A stretch of 64,000 nt of DNA from Epiperipatus broadwayi. Taxonomy: Eukaryota; Animalia; Onychophora. A program made the translations under genes and the position numbers. The notes below the pieces were generated by a model. The model was not told the DNA's origin, made no database searches, and saw only the letters and a program-made list of their open reading frames with translations. Shown piece after piece: positions 1 through 13,499 of this stretch (the stretch's first letter is position 1; every line of letters begins with the position of its first letter). The stretch covers positions 22,506,001 through 22,570,000 of the forward strand of contig JAQFVV010000005.1 in assembly GCA_028023455.1 (NCBI GenBank), written 5' to 3'.

Positions 1-800
1 TTTAATTTTTAAAACAAGTCAATTAGGAATTGGATTTGACATCATTCTTTAATTAGATGCTCTTACAAAGTTTGGTATACAATTAATTAATTCTTTATCA
101 AAATATTTTCTAATTCGTGAAAGTAAAAACATGTTTGAAATTGATATTATCAAAAAATAAAATCTACTTGTATAATTTTAAATCAAAAATTAAACTTAAA
201 GAATAAAATAATCATTTCTTTCATATTTTTTTTGCAAACAAAATAAATTTTTAATATTATAATATGTTTTACAAGTGTCAAATTTTATATGCTTATAACT
301 TTGACACCATTCACTTCAGATAAACACGTTAATGATTATTACTAATCATTTATTAGGCTGGAGATTATTCCTAGTGCAAATATTAATTTTAAACACAATT
401 AAAAATTAATATATATGATTTTTAAACATAAAAACCTGGAAATATTAAACTCCTTTTCTCTTTTATCATGTGTAATATCGTTTTTATGTATATTTAAAAT
501 TTCTATTTCGCCATATATTTCTGAAATACATGAATAAAGTCATTTGTTTTTTTCAGATGTCTTTAGTAATATGTTTCAAGAATATAGAATGAAGAGAAAG
601 TTTTGGATATATAAAAATAATAATAATAATAATAATAATAACTCCTCTTTCTTTTTTTTTAAAAAATTAAAGTAAAATGAAAAATGAAAATATTATTATT
701 TTAATAATTCTTGCATGAAAGATTTTCTTTAAAAAAATGCTTTTTAAAAATTTGAGATGTTTTAGTTTAAGTCTGTAATACATTACACACACACACATAT

Positions 801-1014
801 ATATATAAAAGACATATTTTGCGGGTTCATCCATGTTAAATTAAATATTGATATACCGACGTTTCGACTTGATCACACAAGTCATCCGCTGATTGTAGCG
901 CCTCTACAACCGTCTTTCTACCTTTTATCACCCAGAGATCAAGTTGAAACATTGGTATATCAATATTTAAATTTTTTAACATGTATGAACCCGCAAAATA
1001 TGTCTTTTATATAT
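801..1014. repeat. Palindromic insertion (about 75-bp arms) with a hammerhead-like remnant
   Basis: atatataaaagacatattttgcgggttcat... vs ...atgaacccgcaaaatatgtcttttatatat. The minus strand at 856-892 reads GACTTG-tgtgat-CAAGTC-GAAAC-GTC with a degraded CUGA core. Confidence 0.75.
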
Positions 1015-1729
1015 GCAACCCATGAAAATCTTCGTATCAACATATATATATATATCAAGCATCAATTTTTATAAGACAAAAATAATTTAAATTTTCTAAT
1101 ATCATTAAATGGTCTTATGTAGCTAAAGTGTTGTTATACATATGTATATATATTTATCTAGTTCTCCATAGAATTGCTTAAAAGTTTTATTTTTTTTATA
1201 AAAACGAGATAGCTAGATTGATAATTCATTTAAGGCTGCATGTATTTAAGTGAAATTAAACATCATCTAGACAATTTTAGGAAGTAACATTGTTATTTGT
1301 ATTATAATTTTTATTAAGCAAAAACATTTCAGTGGTATATGTAAGTACATAAGAGCATGTGTAAAATGACCTTAAAGTAGACAATTGCAAGGCAAATAGC
1401 TCACCATTAACTCACAAAAGATGAACAATGAAGGTGAAGCATTAGTAGGTTAGCCAAAGAACTATACAACCACCTTTTAATTAAGACAAATCAACTGAAT
1501 CATAATTAATAGATCAAAGTAAACAATCTACTCTCTAAAGGTATAGTAAATGATTGTTTCTTTTAACACCTTTTAATTATAGATTTCCACAGTAATTCCA
1601 CATATATAGAAAATCCAACTGCATAACCTGGAGAAATACATAAAGAGCTATATACCTATCTATCAGAAGAGTAGAAATATGCAAAGAATCTTGTTAATTG
1701 CAGTCAGACTGCTATTCAGGGATGTCTTT

Positions 1730-3227
1730 TTATTTAAGTACTTACAACTGCATATATTTTCAAGTTAAGAAAGATTGTATGAATTGGAAGAAGAACTCTC
1801 TTATATTAAATGGGACATTATTGGACTTTGTGAAGTTAGAAGAAAAGATGAAGAGACAATTGATTTAAAGAGTGGAGATGTACTGTACTATAGTGGCACA
1901 AAGTGAAGTAAGATTCATTATAATAAACAGTGGAACAATAGCATTGTGGAAAATTGATGGTGTTTCAGATAGTGGCAAGATTTATTTAAATTAATGGAAG
2001 AAATCAAATTCAGGTTATACCCCAACATTTTTTTATTGTGATGAAGAAGTAGAAGATTTTTGTATGAATGTACAAACTTTTAATCAATGCAAATAACATT
2101 TTAAAATTTATGTAGACTTTAATGCCAGAATTGGTAAACAAGAAGATGAAAATGCTGTGGATAAATTTAGTTATGATAATAGAAATAAGAGAAGATACAG
2201 AAGGAGAGCTATTATGCTTTAGATTTTTAGATTATGAAAAGGCATTTGATTTAATAAGCATTTTCATGGTGATTAATACTTTGAATCATCAAATTATAGA
2301 CTTGATCACAGTAAATAGATTACATGGTTATACTAAGAAGATTAAATTAAGAAGGGTATTCTATACCTCAAAACTATTTTACGGCAATTTTCCAAGATAT
2401 ATTTTGTAAATTAAAATAGGAAGCTAAGATAAGTAAAAGTAAATGAAATTATTTAAGTCATCTAGATTTTGCAGACAATATGGTTGTTTTTGCAAATAAT
2501 GTTTCATGATGCAGGAGTTATCAGATGAAAGTAGGACTAAAGATAAATGATAAAAAGATTAAAATAATGTACATTGGATTTTTTTAGAAGAAGAAAATAA
2601 AAATTAATAATCATAAATTAGAAGATAACAACTACAAATATTTTGGTCAGATTATTAATACAAATGGAAACCTGATTGATAAAATTAATCATACAATTAA
2701 ACCTGGATTGAGCACTTTTGATAAAAATAACTTAATATTATAAAGAAATATGATATGTCTATGTTTTTTTTTTGAAATGATGGTTTTTAATAAATGTGTT
2801 TTATCAGTTCTGTTTATGGATCTGAGATTTAGACACTTAATAGAAGATCTATTTACATTTTTGTCAATCAACAAAATGTGTGGAGCAATGTATATTAGGA
2901 ATAACAAGAAGAGATTTATAATGAAATACATAGGTGAGAGAAGAAATATATAACACTGACATTGATGAGAAAATTAAGAAACTGAAATAAAGCTGAGCTT
3001 CATATATTTCTAGAAGAGATGATAATGGATGGATGGTTGAAATCTTAAATGGGATCCCAGGAGGTTGTAAAAGATCTAGAAAAAGACCATATGTGATATG
3101 GATGAATAAAATGAGGAAGTTTGCTGACATGTTGTGGAGAAGAAAGGCTAGAGATCAGAGAAACTATATTAAACTTGGAGTGAGCTTCATTCTGTATAGA
3201 ATTGAGGGTAATTGAAAGTTATGATGG
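1730..3227 (+). mobile_element. Decayed, internally deleted RTE-clade LINE
   Basis: Frameshifted APE-like ELEEEL..IKWDIIGLCEVRRK, RT-like FLDYEKAFD, C-terminal RSRKRP..W...MLWRRKARDQR. Confidence 0.8.
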
Positions 3228-3311
3228 TAACACCCACCTATTACTAAAACTATCATCTGAAAGGTAAAGATTATATAAATTATTGTTGCAAACAATTTCT
3301 TCAATGGCGTC

Positions 3312-3423
3312 CACTATTCAGGTGATAAGTATGATCTGATTGACATAGTAAGCAAACCATTTACATACACTATTCAGGTGATAGGTATGATCTGATTGAC
3401 ATAGTAAGCAAACCATTTACATA
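3312..3423. repeat. 56-bp tandem duplication (1 mismatch)
   Basis: cactattcaggtgata(a/g)gtatgatctgattgacatagtaagcaaaccatttacata x2. Confidence 0.95.
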
Positions 3424-3891
3424 GACAAACCCAAGAGGTATATATTTATAAGAATCTTTGACTTAATATAATAGAATCATACTTTTTTTTTAATTACTTA
3501 TATTTCTAAAATTAGTATCTTTGAGATTTTCTCACTACTAATTAGCATGACTTTTTAGAATAATCTAATTTGAATGTCACTTTATAAAAGTAGTAGATAA
3601 GTTTGTCAGTATTAGCCAGTAATTCCTGATTGTCTATGAAAAATTTTTATTTTATTTTACTACATTTGGTTTGGACCTGCTCGTACTTTTGTAGGACTGA
3701 AGATTACTATAGATGATTCTGTGATCATCATGTTATATATTTTATGTCACAGCAGAACAAAAATGTAGGGGTTAATCTAAATGCCAGCAAGATGTGCTTT
3801 TTGGCCAATAACAAATGGTGATATAAAAAGATGTAAATTTATTTTTGGAAATATTTTTTTTTAACAACTATTTTTATTATTTTTATTTTAG

Positions 3892-4014
3892 CTTCTGTTA
3901 CTTGTAGTGTTGATTCATGTGCTAAGGGGGCCAGATGTTTTGTTGAAAATAATACAATTAAGTGCAGATGTCCAGAAAAAACAAGTGGAAATCCATATCG
4001 GGAAGGCTGTTATT
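3892..4014 (+). CDS. EGF-like exon A: SVTCSVDSCAKGARCFVENNTIKCRCPEKTSGNPYREGCY
   Basis: ttttag acceptor, gtaagt donor at 4015, 123 bp, 6 Cys. Confidence 0.92.
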
Positions 4015-4146
4015 GTAAGTGAATGAATTATGCTTTTTTGCATTAAACATTTTTTATCTATATATATTGCAGTATATTGATTCTTCAATTACTGCACAGA
4101 AAAGTTAATTTGCGAACTAGTTAGTTTAATTGTCAAAACAGTTTGA

Positions 4147-4736
4147 TGTTCACTAATTTACAGTTTATACAAGTTCTGATTACCGTCGAGCTGTGTTCGA
4201 AAAGTACACTATGTACACACGATAATGAATACTCGCACTATAATTCTGAACATATAGTTTCTACGTATAACTTCTCTTCTTTCTCAATTCCCACACTGTT
4301 TTCTTGCAACGGATGCTCTGCTCTGCAACTAATGCTCTACTCTGCAATGAATGCCCTGCTCTGCAACTAATGCTCTGCTCTGCAACTAATGCTCTACTCT
4401 GCAATGAATGCTCTACTCTGCTGCGGTCTCCCCATTTCTGTGGGCTCTTCCAGCTACACCCGTGGACTACATTTCCACTGAGCGCTGGTCATTTACTGCA
4501 AGCACTGACGTGAGATATCTCTACTCAAACTACTAGACATCTACTGCCATTGTACTCCAAATATGGCTGCTAATAACTGCCTTATACTGCATAGTTGTTC
4601 TTTTTAAAATGACCCCCTTTTATCTGATTGCTTTCTTTTGTTTTCTGGAGTAACTCTTATAAATTAAGGTGGGATTTAATTAAATTGGGTTTTGCTAATT
4701 AAATTCCTTCGTTATCTGTTTAATTAGTTTGTTACA
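4147..4736. mobile_element. Probable solo LTR containing an internal 19-bp minisatellite (about 4311-4421)
   Basis: TG...CA termini, flanks tttga/attga (4/5 TSD match), GC-richer than surroundings, repeats of atgctct(g/a)ctctgcaa. Confidence 0.6.
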
Positions 4737-5040
4737 ATTGATTGCATTTCAAGCTAACGTCTATGATTAAAATATTAGTAGCAAAATTTAAAGATTTAAC
4801 AATAAAATAATATTTTAGAATAAGACACTTTCGTATGGACGTTTAATTTAAAATGCATATATTACATATATGTAATACTTTTAAATTATAATAATGGTAT
4901 AAATAAACAGTAATAACATATAATTATACAGAAGTCTTTTAAATTATGATCTATGTAATTATTAATTGAACTTATGTCGATGATAAGCAGATGTCATGTG
5001 ATTTTGCAAACACTGTGTATGTTAGTAGTTCAGTTAACGA

Positions 5041-5153
5041 TTTTTTTTCCATATGTCAAAACATCGTCCAGGAAGGAAACCCATGACATCCGTCTGCAAG
5101 TAACTGTTTGCTTGCAAGGTGACTGTGCTGACCTCTCGGCTACCAATGCTTGA
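5041..5153 (-). mobile_element. tRNA-derived SINE-like element, copy 1
   Basis: Homologous to 62826-62942. Minus strand has the A-box-like TAGCCGAGAGG, a degenerate B-box and an A-tail. Flanked by cagttaa(c/t)ga direct repeats. Confidence 0.65.
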
Positions 5154-5589
5154 CAGTTAATGATTTATTTGTATCAAAATAATTGAAAGTACAATTATAT
5201 AAGTTATATATTATTGTTATTTATTTATATCATTGGTATAAACAGTTTAGGGCAGTGGTGACTTGTCAGATTCTGCAGTATTAAAAGTCCTCGGATTGAT
5301 TTGAGTTTCTGACACTCAAACTCTTATGAACTTCAGAGCAATAAAACCATTTGATTATTATTTAAAAATATTGCATATAGTGTATTTTTAGTAAATATCT
5401 TATTAATTTATATATATATGTTGATCAGTTTTTTACTTATATGCCTTAATTACTTCCAATTTGATTTTGAAACTGTACCTGTTTGAACAATTATTTAATT
5501 TATTAATATTTCAATATTAATATCTCATAATAGGCCAAGATAATTAATATCCACATTTTTGTAACGCAATGGATACAAAATACAATATT

Positions 5590-5791
5590 ATAAACAAGGC
5601 AAAACTCTCCATACAGTAGTGCCACCCTGTGCCAACCAGAGTAATCAATGGATTTTATGCACAAGCCTTCTGGCATCCATTGATTACTCTGGTTGGCACA
5701 GGGTGGCACTACTGTATGGAGAGTTTTGCCTTGTTTATAAACAATTATGTGCTAGTATAAGAGATGGTTATCATGTGATGCTTAATGGTTT
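5590..5791 (+). mobile_element. HHR-family palindromic retroelement copy (perfect 66-bp arms + tail)
   Basis: Arms 5588-5653 and 5675-5740 are exact reverse complements. 13-bp TSD aaaatacaatatt at 5577-5589 and 5792-5804. Confidence 0.85.
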
Positions 5792-7615
5792 AAAATACAA
5801 TATTGTAAAGAATATGTATGTAGTAAATTAATTAAAACATTTGATAAAGATTTATAATCATTCAGATTTGCAATACACTCCATTAATGCTAGTTATAAAT
5901 ATTTTTTAGCATAAAATTTTCAAGGCCTATTTTTTTCTCTACTCATTAATTTGATCAGAAATCTTAAATTTGTCATATTAGATAGAGATTTGAAATCCCT
6001 GTATGTCCATACAGAAAGAGTAGACTTTTTAATTATGTATCTTTATTACTACCAATTTGATTTTAGAGCTTAAGTGTTTTATCAGTCTGTCATATATAAA
6101 TGTGTTAAATAATAACTTTGCATGACAATTAAATGTATGTGAAAATAGAACAGAACCATTCACACTTCATCTAGGTATGGAATAATTAAACATATTGACC
6201 ACATTTTATTTAGCAAACTAAAGACTAGATCAGACTATCTGTTTAACTTTTTCATTGTAAACAAAACTAAATGTGTCAAATGCATTGAAATTTCAGAATA
6301 TAATTAATACTGACACCAGATGTAAATGTGGTGTAATCAATTCTGAAATTTTACCTAATTAGGTACTGGGTAAAGACCATGTCATTTTTAACAACTCCTG
6401 CATTAATAATCATCTAGAAGTCGTGATAAATGTTAAATAATAACTTTGATTAGCAGTTAAACGTACAGGAAAATAAAGCAGAAATGTCCAAACTTTATCT
6501 AGCTATAGAATAATTAAACAAATCCTCAACACTACATTTAGCAAACTCCAGAATAAAGTGGACTATATATTCTTTATGCTTTTTAATATGATTCATAATT
6601 GATTATGCCACAATTATATCTGGCATCAATATTAAATCCATTCAGAAATTTCAACATGTTTTGTAAATTTAGCCTTATTTATAATTTTAATAGATGACAA
6701 CATCATGGATAGAGAGGAAACTTTTCACCAATTGAAGTGCAAAGGAATATTATGCTAAAGAGTCAAAAAACTATGGGTAACCTGTATTTCAAATTCTTGA
6801 TAGTATTTGTGAAAGTATAAATAAGCATTCGTATAGCAAAGCCTTCTCCAAAGAGGAACAGTGAATTGCCAACTGTTGTGAGTTGAGGATTTGTGCATTT
6901 TTCCCTCCTTATTTTATTCTTTAATTAAGAATAACTAAATATATATTTACAGACCAGTGTTAGATAGTTAACTGGATTGGTTATGAATCAGCTACCTGGA
7001 ACAAATTTCCAAAAATTATTTTAAATTTCTTTGAAGAAGAATTATTTTAAATAATCCCCTCAGAGTATGAGGGGATATTACTTCCCAAACTATCCTCTAT
7101 GTAACATGGTTCACAATTCTTTCAATTATTTTGGGTTGAGAAATTTGTTATTTAAAAAGATCATAATTTGAGAGAATCATTCAATAAATCCAAGTAAAAC
7201 TGCAATGAGTAAAAGTAATAGTTTTTTTCAAGCATTTTATTTTTATTTTTTAAATTTATACTTCATGAAAAAATTCCATTTAGTATTTAACTACTTAAAG
7301 AGATATACCTCTCTTTACTTTCTGAATTTTATATTAAAATTTGTTTACAAAAAAATATTGAATATGATTTAATATTTTTTTGTCAAACAATGTAAGTTCT
7401 GAAGGAGACTGCTAGATAGGAAAAACTGTTAGATATCCTTGAAAATCCCAAATGTGTAATGTCGCCAAGAATTTTATGTACAATAAGTTACATTCTGTTG
7501 TAGAAATGATTCCAACATACATACAATTGTATTGTTACATAAAATATGCATTAATTCATAGATGATTCTGCAGGCAACTTGGAGAGAGTGTCAATAGCTA
7601 ACTGATTGTATATGC

Positions 7616-7781
7616 AAATTACATCACCACAGTTCTCATGCTTAAACAAAATAATAGAATATCTGCTATCTATTGTCAAGACAACATTACAATTAGACAG
7701 TAAATTGTAGCATTGTCTTGACAATAGATTGCTGATATTATATTGATTTATTTAAGTATGAGAATAGTGGTGATGTAATTT
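7616..7781. repeat. Imperfect hairpin, about 80-bp arms, 8-nt loop
   Basis: aaattacatcaccac...ctattgtcaagacaacattacaatt / aattgtagcattgtcttgacaatag...gtggtgatgtaattt. Confidence 0.85.
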
Positions 7782-9048
7782 ATTCATGATATATATATAT
7801 TGTAGATATATGACTCATTTCACCCACATATATATATTATTTAATTAAAAAAAAAAAAATTCTTTTATATATATAGATATATGTGTGTATTTATTATTAT
7901 ATAATAATTTATAAATAGTTAATAAATAAGCAGTTGTAGAGAGAGAAGGTAATAAGAAACAATATTTAATATAGGGATTTATTATATTTCATTAAATAAG
8001 GTGTTGAAATTATTTAGCTATATTCTTATTAAATAAGGCAGATCAGAAAGAAAGTGTAAAATAAAGCGATCAAGATTAGTAGATTAGGATATGAAAATGT
8101 ACACGTGTGAGTATGAATATTTTAAACATCAAACATTTTTACACAAATTTTTAATGACTATAGATTGCCAGCTTTATTGTTTGTATTATCTGTATCTAAG
8201 ATTATTTTAGAAAAGAGGTGCTTTGATGGAATAAAATGTGATTATTAATTTTCTTGTAAAATTGCAACAGACCGTCAAACTTGTGAGGCTTTGATCTTTT
8301 ATTTCAAGATAAGATTTCCAGGTGGTCCTTTTCTTTGATCAAAGATTCTCGCAATATAAAGGAATGAAACAATGTTTAGAGGTCAGTTCAATTTTTGTTT
8401 GGGAGGAGAGTGATCTAACAATATTTAGTTTTAAAGGAAGGTCAATCATTAATATAACTAAGATCAGTTTTTTTTAATTTGAGGGGAGAAGAGATGTAGT
8501 GATTGAGTTCATGAAAACTAAGGGAAATGGACAGTTTGCATATTTTTTCAAAAGAGAGTGAGCGATTGATTCTTTTTTTCACTTTTTAAAAAATTGAGGA
8601 AGGAGAAAAATGACTCTTGTTTTAAAGTCAGTATAGATGAAGATGTGCATATATATAAGTAATTCCCAGCAATATTAAGATAAAAAAATGGGACAAAATT
8701 GAATTTCTTGGAAGAAGTTATTGACAGTTCTATAAAATGATATTAATATATTTTGCTGTGTATAATACAATGAATTTGCATTGCTAAAACCATTGTTTCT
8801 GCTTCCTGGAATCTTACAGAATGGGTTAAAATCACTAGTCTACTATGGACTCATATACCAGTCCATAGTAACCAAAAGAATGGACAAAACTTAAATCCAG
8901 CCACAAACATAATCTAATCCTCATCTTGGATGAGAGAAGAAGAAAGGAAAGATGAATAAAAGCCATATATATAGCCAAATTTGATGAAGCTATGAATCAA
9001 ATTTTTGTTAAAGTTTTCCTCAGTCAGCTCAAGTGTCTACAATGATTT

Positions 9049-9270
9049 TTTTTTAAATGGAAGAGACAAGCAAGTCCACCAATTCATACTTATCTAAAAG
9101 TATTTATAATAACTCTTTTTGAAATGGTAGAAGCAAGCCAGTCAATGAATTCAATGTTATCAAAAGTATCAGCAATAAATAATTTTAAAATTATGGAAAC
9201 CAGCAGGTCAATTAATTCATGTTTGTCTTAAAAGTATCTGCAAGAACTTTTTTTTTAAATGGAGAAAATC
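9049..9270. repeat. Degenerate tandem repeat, about 65-bp unit, about 3.3 copies
   Basis: Recurring ttttaaatgg...caagc...aattca...tatc(t)aaaagtat pattern. Confidence 0.6.
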
Positions 9271-12200
9271 AACTTATTGAAGCTATACGTGAGACAAGCA
9301 GTCTGAAAATTCAAACTTGAGACATTTATAAGAAGTGAAAATAAGCGGGTAACTATGAACTTTCATTAACAGATCTTTTATTCTTACTTATTAAAAGTAA
9401 ACATTAACTTATTGGTCAAAGCATTTTTTTTCTTTTGATTCAGAAACATTAAAGGCTTGTTTATCGATAGTTATTCTCAATATCACATAACATAACACAA
9501 GCACAGTTTAAATCTTTAAGCTTAAATTTTCATTATTTTTTTTATTTTTTTTTTATTACATATTGTAATATTGAAATGTTTTTTTTATTGTTCTTCATTT
9601 ATTATGATAATGAGCAACCTATAAATATATGCATTTATAATGTTTTTTTATGTTGTTGCATATTAAATTGATATAATGTATTTTATTTTATTTTGCTCAA
9701 GGTTGCAAGAATATTTTTTATATATGTGATTTATGTATTAACCTCTAATATAAAGGAACACATTTTAGAAATATATGTTGACATATCACAGGGTGTGTGT
9801 GCATGTGTAACTGCTTATACAAACACGTCAAAGGAATGGAATAGATTAGGCATAGTTTGTTTAAATATGGTAAATTGAAGAGCCAGGCTTACATATGAAG
9901 TGGAAGTAAAATAAAACACACGAGTTACATATGAAATTTATTTTTATGATATAATAAGTTAGGAAAGTCTTAAGTAAGCATTCAATGAAATTTTTTTTTA
10001 ATGTCATTTTAAGCCAGCTTATTTTAAAATATCCAAAATGACAAACTTGTATATTAAATTTATTTGGTTATGCATATATAAATTTTTGTATTAATTCTAT
10101 ATTTAATTAATGTAATAATAAGCCATTTATCTAATTATTAATTTGATTTTAAAGAAAGAAAAATAGTATTAATAAAATATAATTATATATCTTAATTGGT
10201 TTCTGAGTTATTATTGTTGATATAATCATATGTTGTCTTCTCTTAATTCTATCATTTTAATTGATCATCACCATTCATAAATATTAAACAATCACTTGCA
10301 AATGTTAAGCAAGCGCTCAAAAAAAAATGTTAAGCAAGCTAGAATATGGATTCACATTTAAGTATTTAAGGATTATGCTTGATAATAACCAAGTTTTAAT
10401 AATTGTAGTTCAATAATAGAAAGCTAAAATTATGTTATGCCCATGAGTTTTGATCATCCTCATCAAAGATGGATATTGTGTTATTGAATAAAACACTGTT
10501 CAAATAATACTATACAAGAGTTATGATCGCCATCATCATTGATTAAATAAATTATAAGCATTAAATCTAATGTTTAACATAATTAATATATTTAGTAAAT
10601 AGGGTTTATAGAAAGTTGAATATCACATGGGGAAATGCGTGATGATCAGTCATCATTACTAGTATTATTGAATCCTAGTTTTAACTATAAAAGTATTTTA
10701 GTAAATAACCATAAACTTATATAAATGATAGTAAATGTCGTATTTAAATCCCATTTTGACAAAGGAATGATTTTAAAGGGGAAGTGCTTATGAGTTTATA
10801 AAGATAAATTTATTGTTGTGAATTCATTATAAAGCTAGGGCTGGTATCATCAACATTATTATTATCATCATCATTATTATCTTTATATTATGATAAATAA
10901 TTCAGTTAAGTAACTAGTATCATGGCCAGCCACTTAAGTAATGGTCTTCACTAGGTTTATATGGAAGCCATTAATAAGAGTATTTCTTTTGCATCTGTTC
11001 ATCAATATACATAAAATGAGCTAGTAATATCTATATGAGTCTTTGATCTATATAAATTTTGGTGATATAGGGATCTTGTAATTTTATTGACATAGATAAA
11101 ATATAAGAATGTCATTTTTTTGTTCATTAGTCATCCAAGTCATGTGTAGTAAAAATGTACCAAATGAGTTTGAACTCAGTACACTCTAAACAGATATTTA
11201 TCTAGATTTAAAACAATCTAGTGGCGCTCGTGGGAAAACACATGTACTTAGCTAAACTGAATAAAGAGTGATTTACTTAATGATATTAAGTTTATATGAT
11301 AATTTTATATGTTGTTATAAATAGCACCAGTGTGTGCGTGTGACCTTGAATGGTCGTATATACATGGAAAGAGGAATGAGAAGGATTCTTGGTTAAAAGA
11401 ACCTAGTAATGGAGATAAGTGAAATGCACTCCAGGGATCTCACAGTGGGTAATTTTATTTGATGACAATGGCTAGTATATTTTATTGATCAAATGACTTC
11501 CCCAATATCTAAATATTTTAAATCTTTAATGATGACAGTTTTAATTTTCATTTGGTTATTTTATATGGAAAAATGAGATAATTTATTTATTTCATTATTA
11601 GCGTAACAGAATTAATGTTTAGGATAGTTGCAAATGGGCTATAATGTTATATTTAATTAATTAGAAATAGACACCCAAATAGAGCATGATATGCATATAT
11701 TCTTATTTATATGTTAGTGTCATCCTTATTTAATTATAAATTGTATTTTAGCTAACACAGTAAATTCATTTCTCATTTAATTTTACTCAGTTACAAATGA
11801 TGAACCGCTGGAGCATATCATATATCCTGTTCAGTGTTTAGTTATTGAATTATAGCAACTATCATTTTATCACTCATCAATATATAGATTGTAATCAGTT
11901 ATAAAGTAACAGCCTTTTTATCACTCATCATTACAATATTATTTACTGTTACAAATGGCGCAGATTATAAACATATTTTAATAATTAATAATTTCGTCTA
12001 TATTTATCTTCTGTTACAAGTAATATCTATATTTTTCATTCTGTTACTATATATATATATAAATTTCTTTGTGAAAGTCAAATTTCCATTTGAATACAGA
12101 TTTGTTCTGTGTGAGTATTGAGTGATCTATATTTGACTTTTTTAAAAGTCTCTGTAATCATCATTATCAATTACAGTTTACAATCGCTTTCAAGCATAAA

Positions 12201-12327
12201 ACTTTTCAGTGTCTACTGTTTGAGATTAATTTAGAAGGCAATGTTTCTGATATGACTTTAAGGTTATCAAGTAAAGTTTATTTAAATTATTAAATGTAAT
12301 ATGAGTTTTAAAACCTTTTTCTTTTAG

Positions 12328-12450
12328 CCTCAGTCCTCACATGTTCTGATGATACCTGTCCTCCAGGAAGCCGCTGTATAAATCGAGAGAATAAAAAAAT
12401 CATCTGTGTTTGTAGGAATAATGTGGAAGTCAAGCCTGGGGAGCCATGTC
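12328..12450 (+). CDS. EGF-like exon B: SVLTCSDDTCPPGSRCINRENKKIICVCRNNVEVKPGEPC
   Basis: cttttag acceptor, gtaagt donor at 12451, 123 bp, 6 Cys. Confidence 0.9.
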
Positions 12451-13227
12451 GTAAGTGAAATGTTTTTTGTTTTAAATTAGAAATTTTTTTATAGTAATCC
12501 AATGAAGTCAGGTTCTTATCCCATTTATGAACTATGGAAAAACTTAGCTTGGTGACTGATCACAATTATGTTATGCTTATGCTTTTTCTCCCTTTTCCCT
12601 TCTCCTTTCCTCTTTTTCCCCTTCTTCATTTCTCTCTTTAATTACTCTTCCTTCCCTCTCTTCTGTTCCCTTTTTATACCTTTCCTCCTATTTTCTTTTT
12701 TTTCTTCTCTCATTTTTCCCCTTTCCAAATATTTGTTTTTTATATTTATCATTATACTGATGTTACAGTGTTATGCTGCCAAAAATCAGGGATATCTTAA
12801 AATATATAATAATCAAGTTGGAAAATAGTAACTTAATCATATGTTCATTTAATATGTCAAATTAGAGATGCCACTAGTCATCTTCATCTTTAAGCTGAAC
12901 TCTTTTACTGCACACTAAAAATTTATTGTTACATTTATTTATTTTTATCAGTAAGTTTGCAATTAATTTTAATAGCCAGGCAATATAATTGCTGGTCTGG
13001 AATGTCATAATCCACAAATATCATATGATTTTCTCTGCTGCTATTCAGTGTATTTTTTTTTAGAATATTCATTTGGCCCATACCTGAGATATCTATTGTA
13101 AACTGGAATAATCAATAGATACTAAGAGGTAATCTTATAATCCATATACTCTAACTAGTTTTTGACTATTAGTGAAGACTTTTGGCTTCTTGCACTTTCA
13201 CATCTACTAACCATCTTTAATTTCTTT

Positions 13228-13457
13228 ATCACATGATCACTATTTCTTATGCTTGCTCTTAACTGTTATTAAAACAGGCAAAACTCTATACGTATTGCCA
13301 TTCTCTCAGATCCAAGGCTCCTCACTGACAAAGGCCACAAGCCAGAAACTAGTCTGGGATATTGGATGAATAGGAAGATAGATGGGGATTTTATGCACAA
13401 GCCTTTGATTATGCTGGCTTGCATTGAGTGGCAATACATATAGAGAGTTTTGCCTGT
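13228..13457. mobile_element. HHR-family palindromic retroelement copy (tail on minus strand; inverted arm carries a mutated HHR on +)
   Basis: Arms attaaaacaggcaaaactct.../...agagttttgcctgttttaat; TSD-like tttaattt(c/a)ttt. Confidence 0.8.
13319..13359 (+). ncRNA. Minimal type I hammerhead ribozyme, probably inactive (G8A)
   Basis: TCCTCA CTGACAA AGGC CACAA GCCA GAAAC TA GTC TGGGA; core G8 is changed to A and stem I is shortened. Confidence 0.7.
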
Positions 13458-13499
13458 TTTAATTTATTTTATGTTATAGAGTTAATAATCTAAAATTTC

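Noticed and set aside
557-680. tttcag acceptor followed by an open frame near the window start as an upstream exon
   Set aside because: No Cys pattern or signal peptide, runs into a (TAA)n microsatellite, and no donor found
5503-5831. Two opposite-strand ORFs both starting MPPCANQSNQW
   Set aside because: An artefact of the perfect palindrome at 5588-5740; not protein-coding
12568-12828. Phe/Leu/Ser-rich ORF resembling a membrane protein
   Set aside because: Low-complexity CT-rich tract
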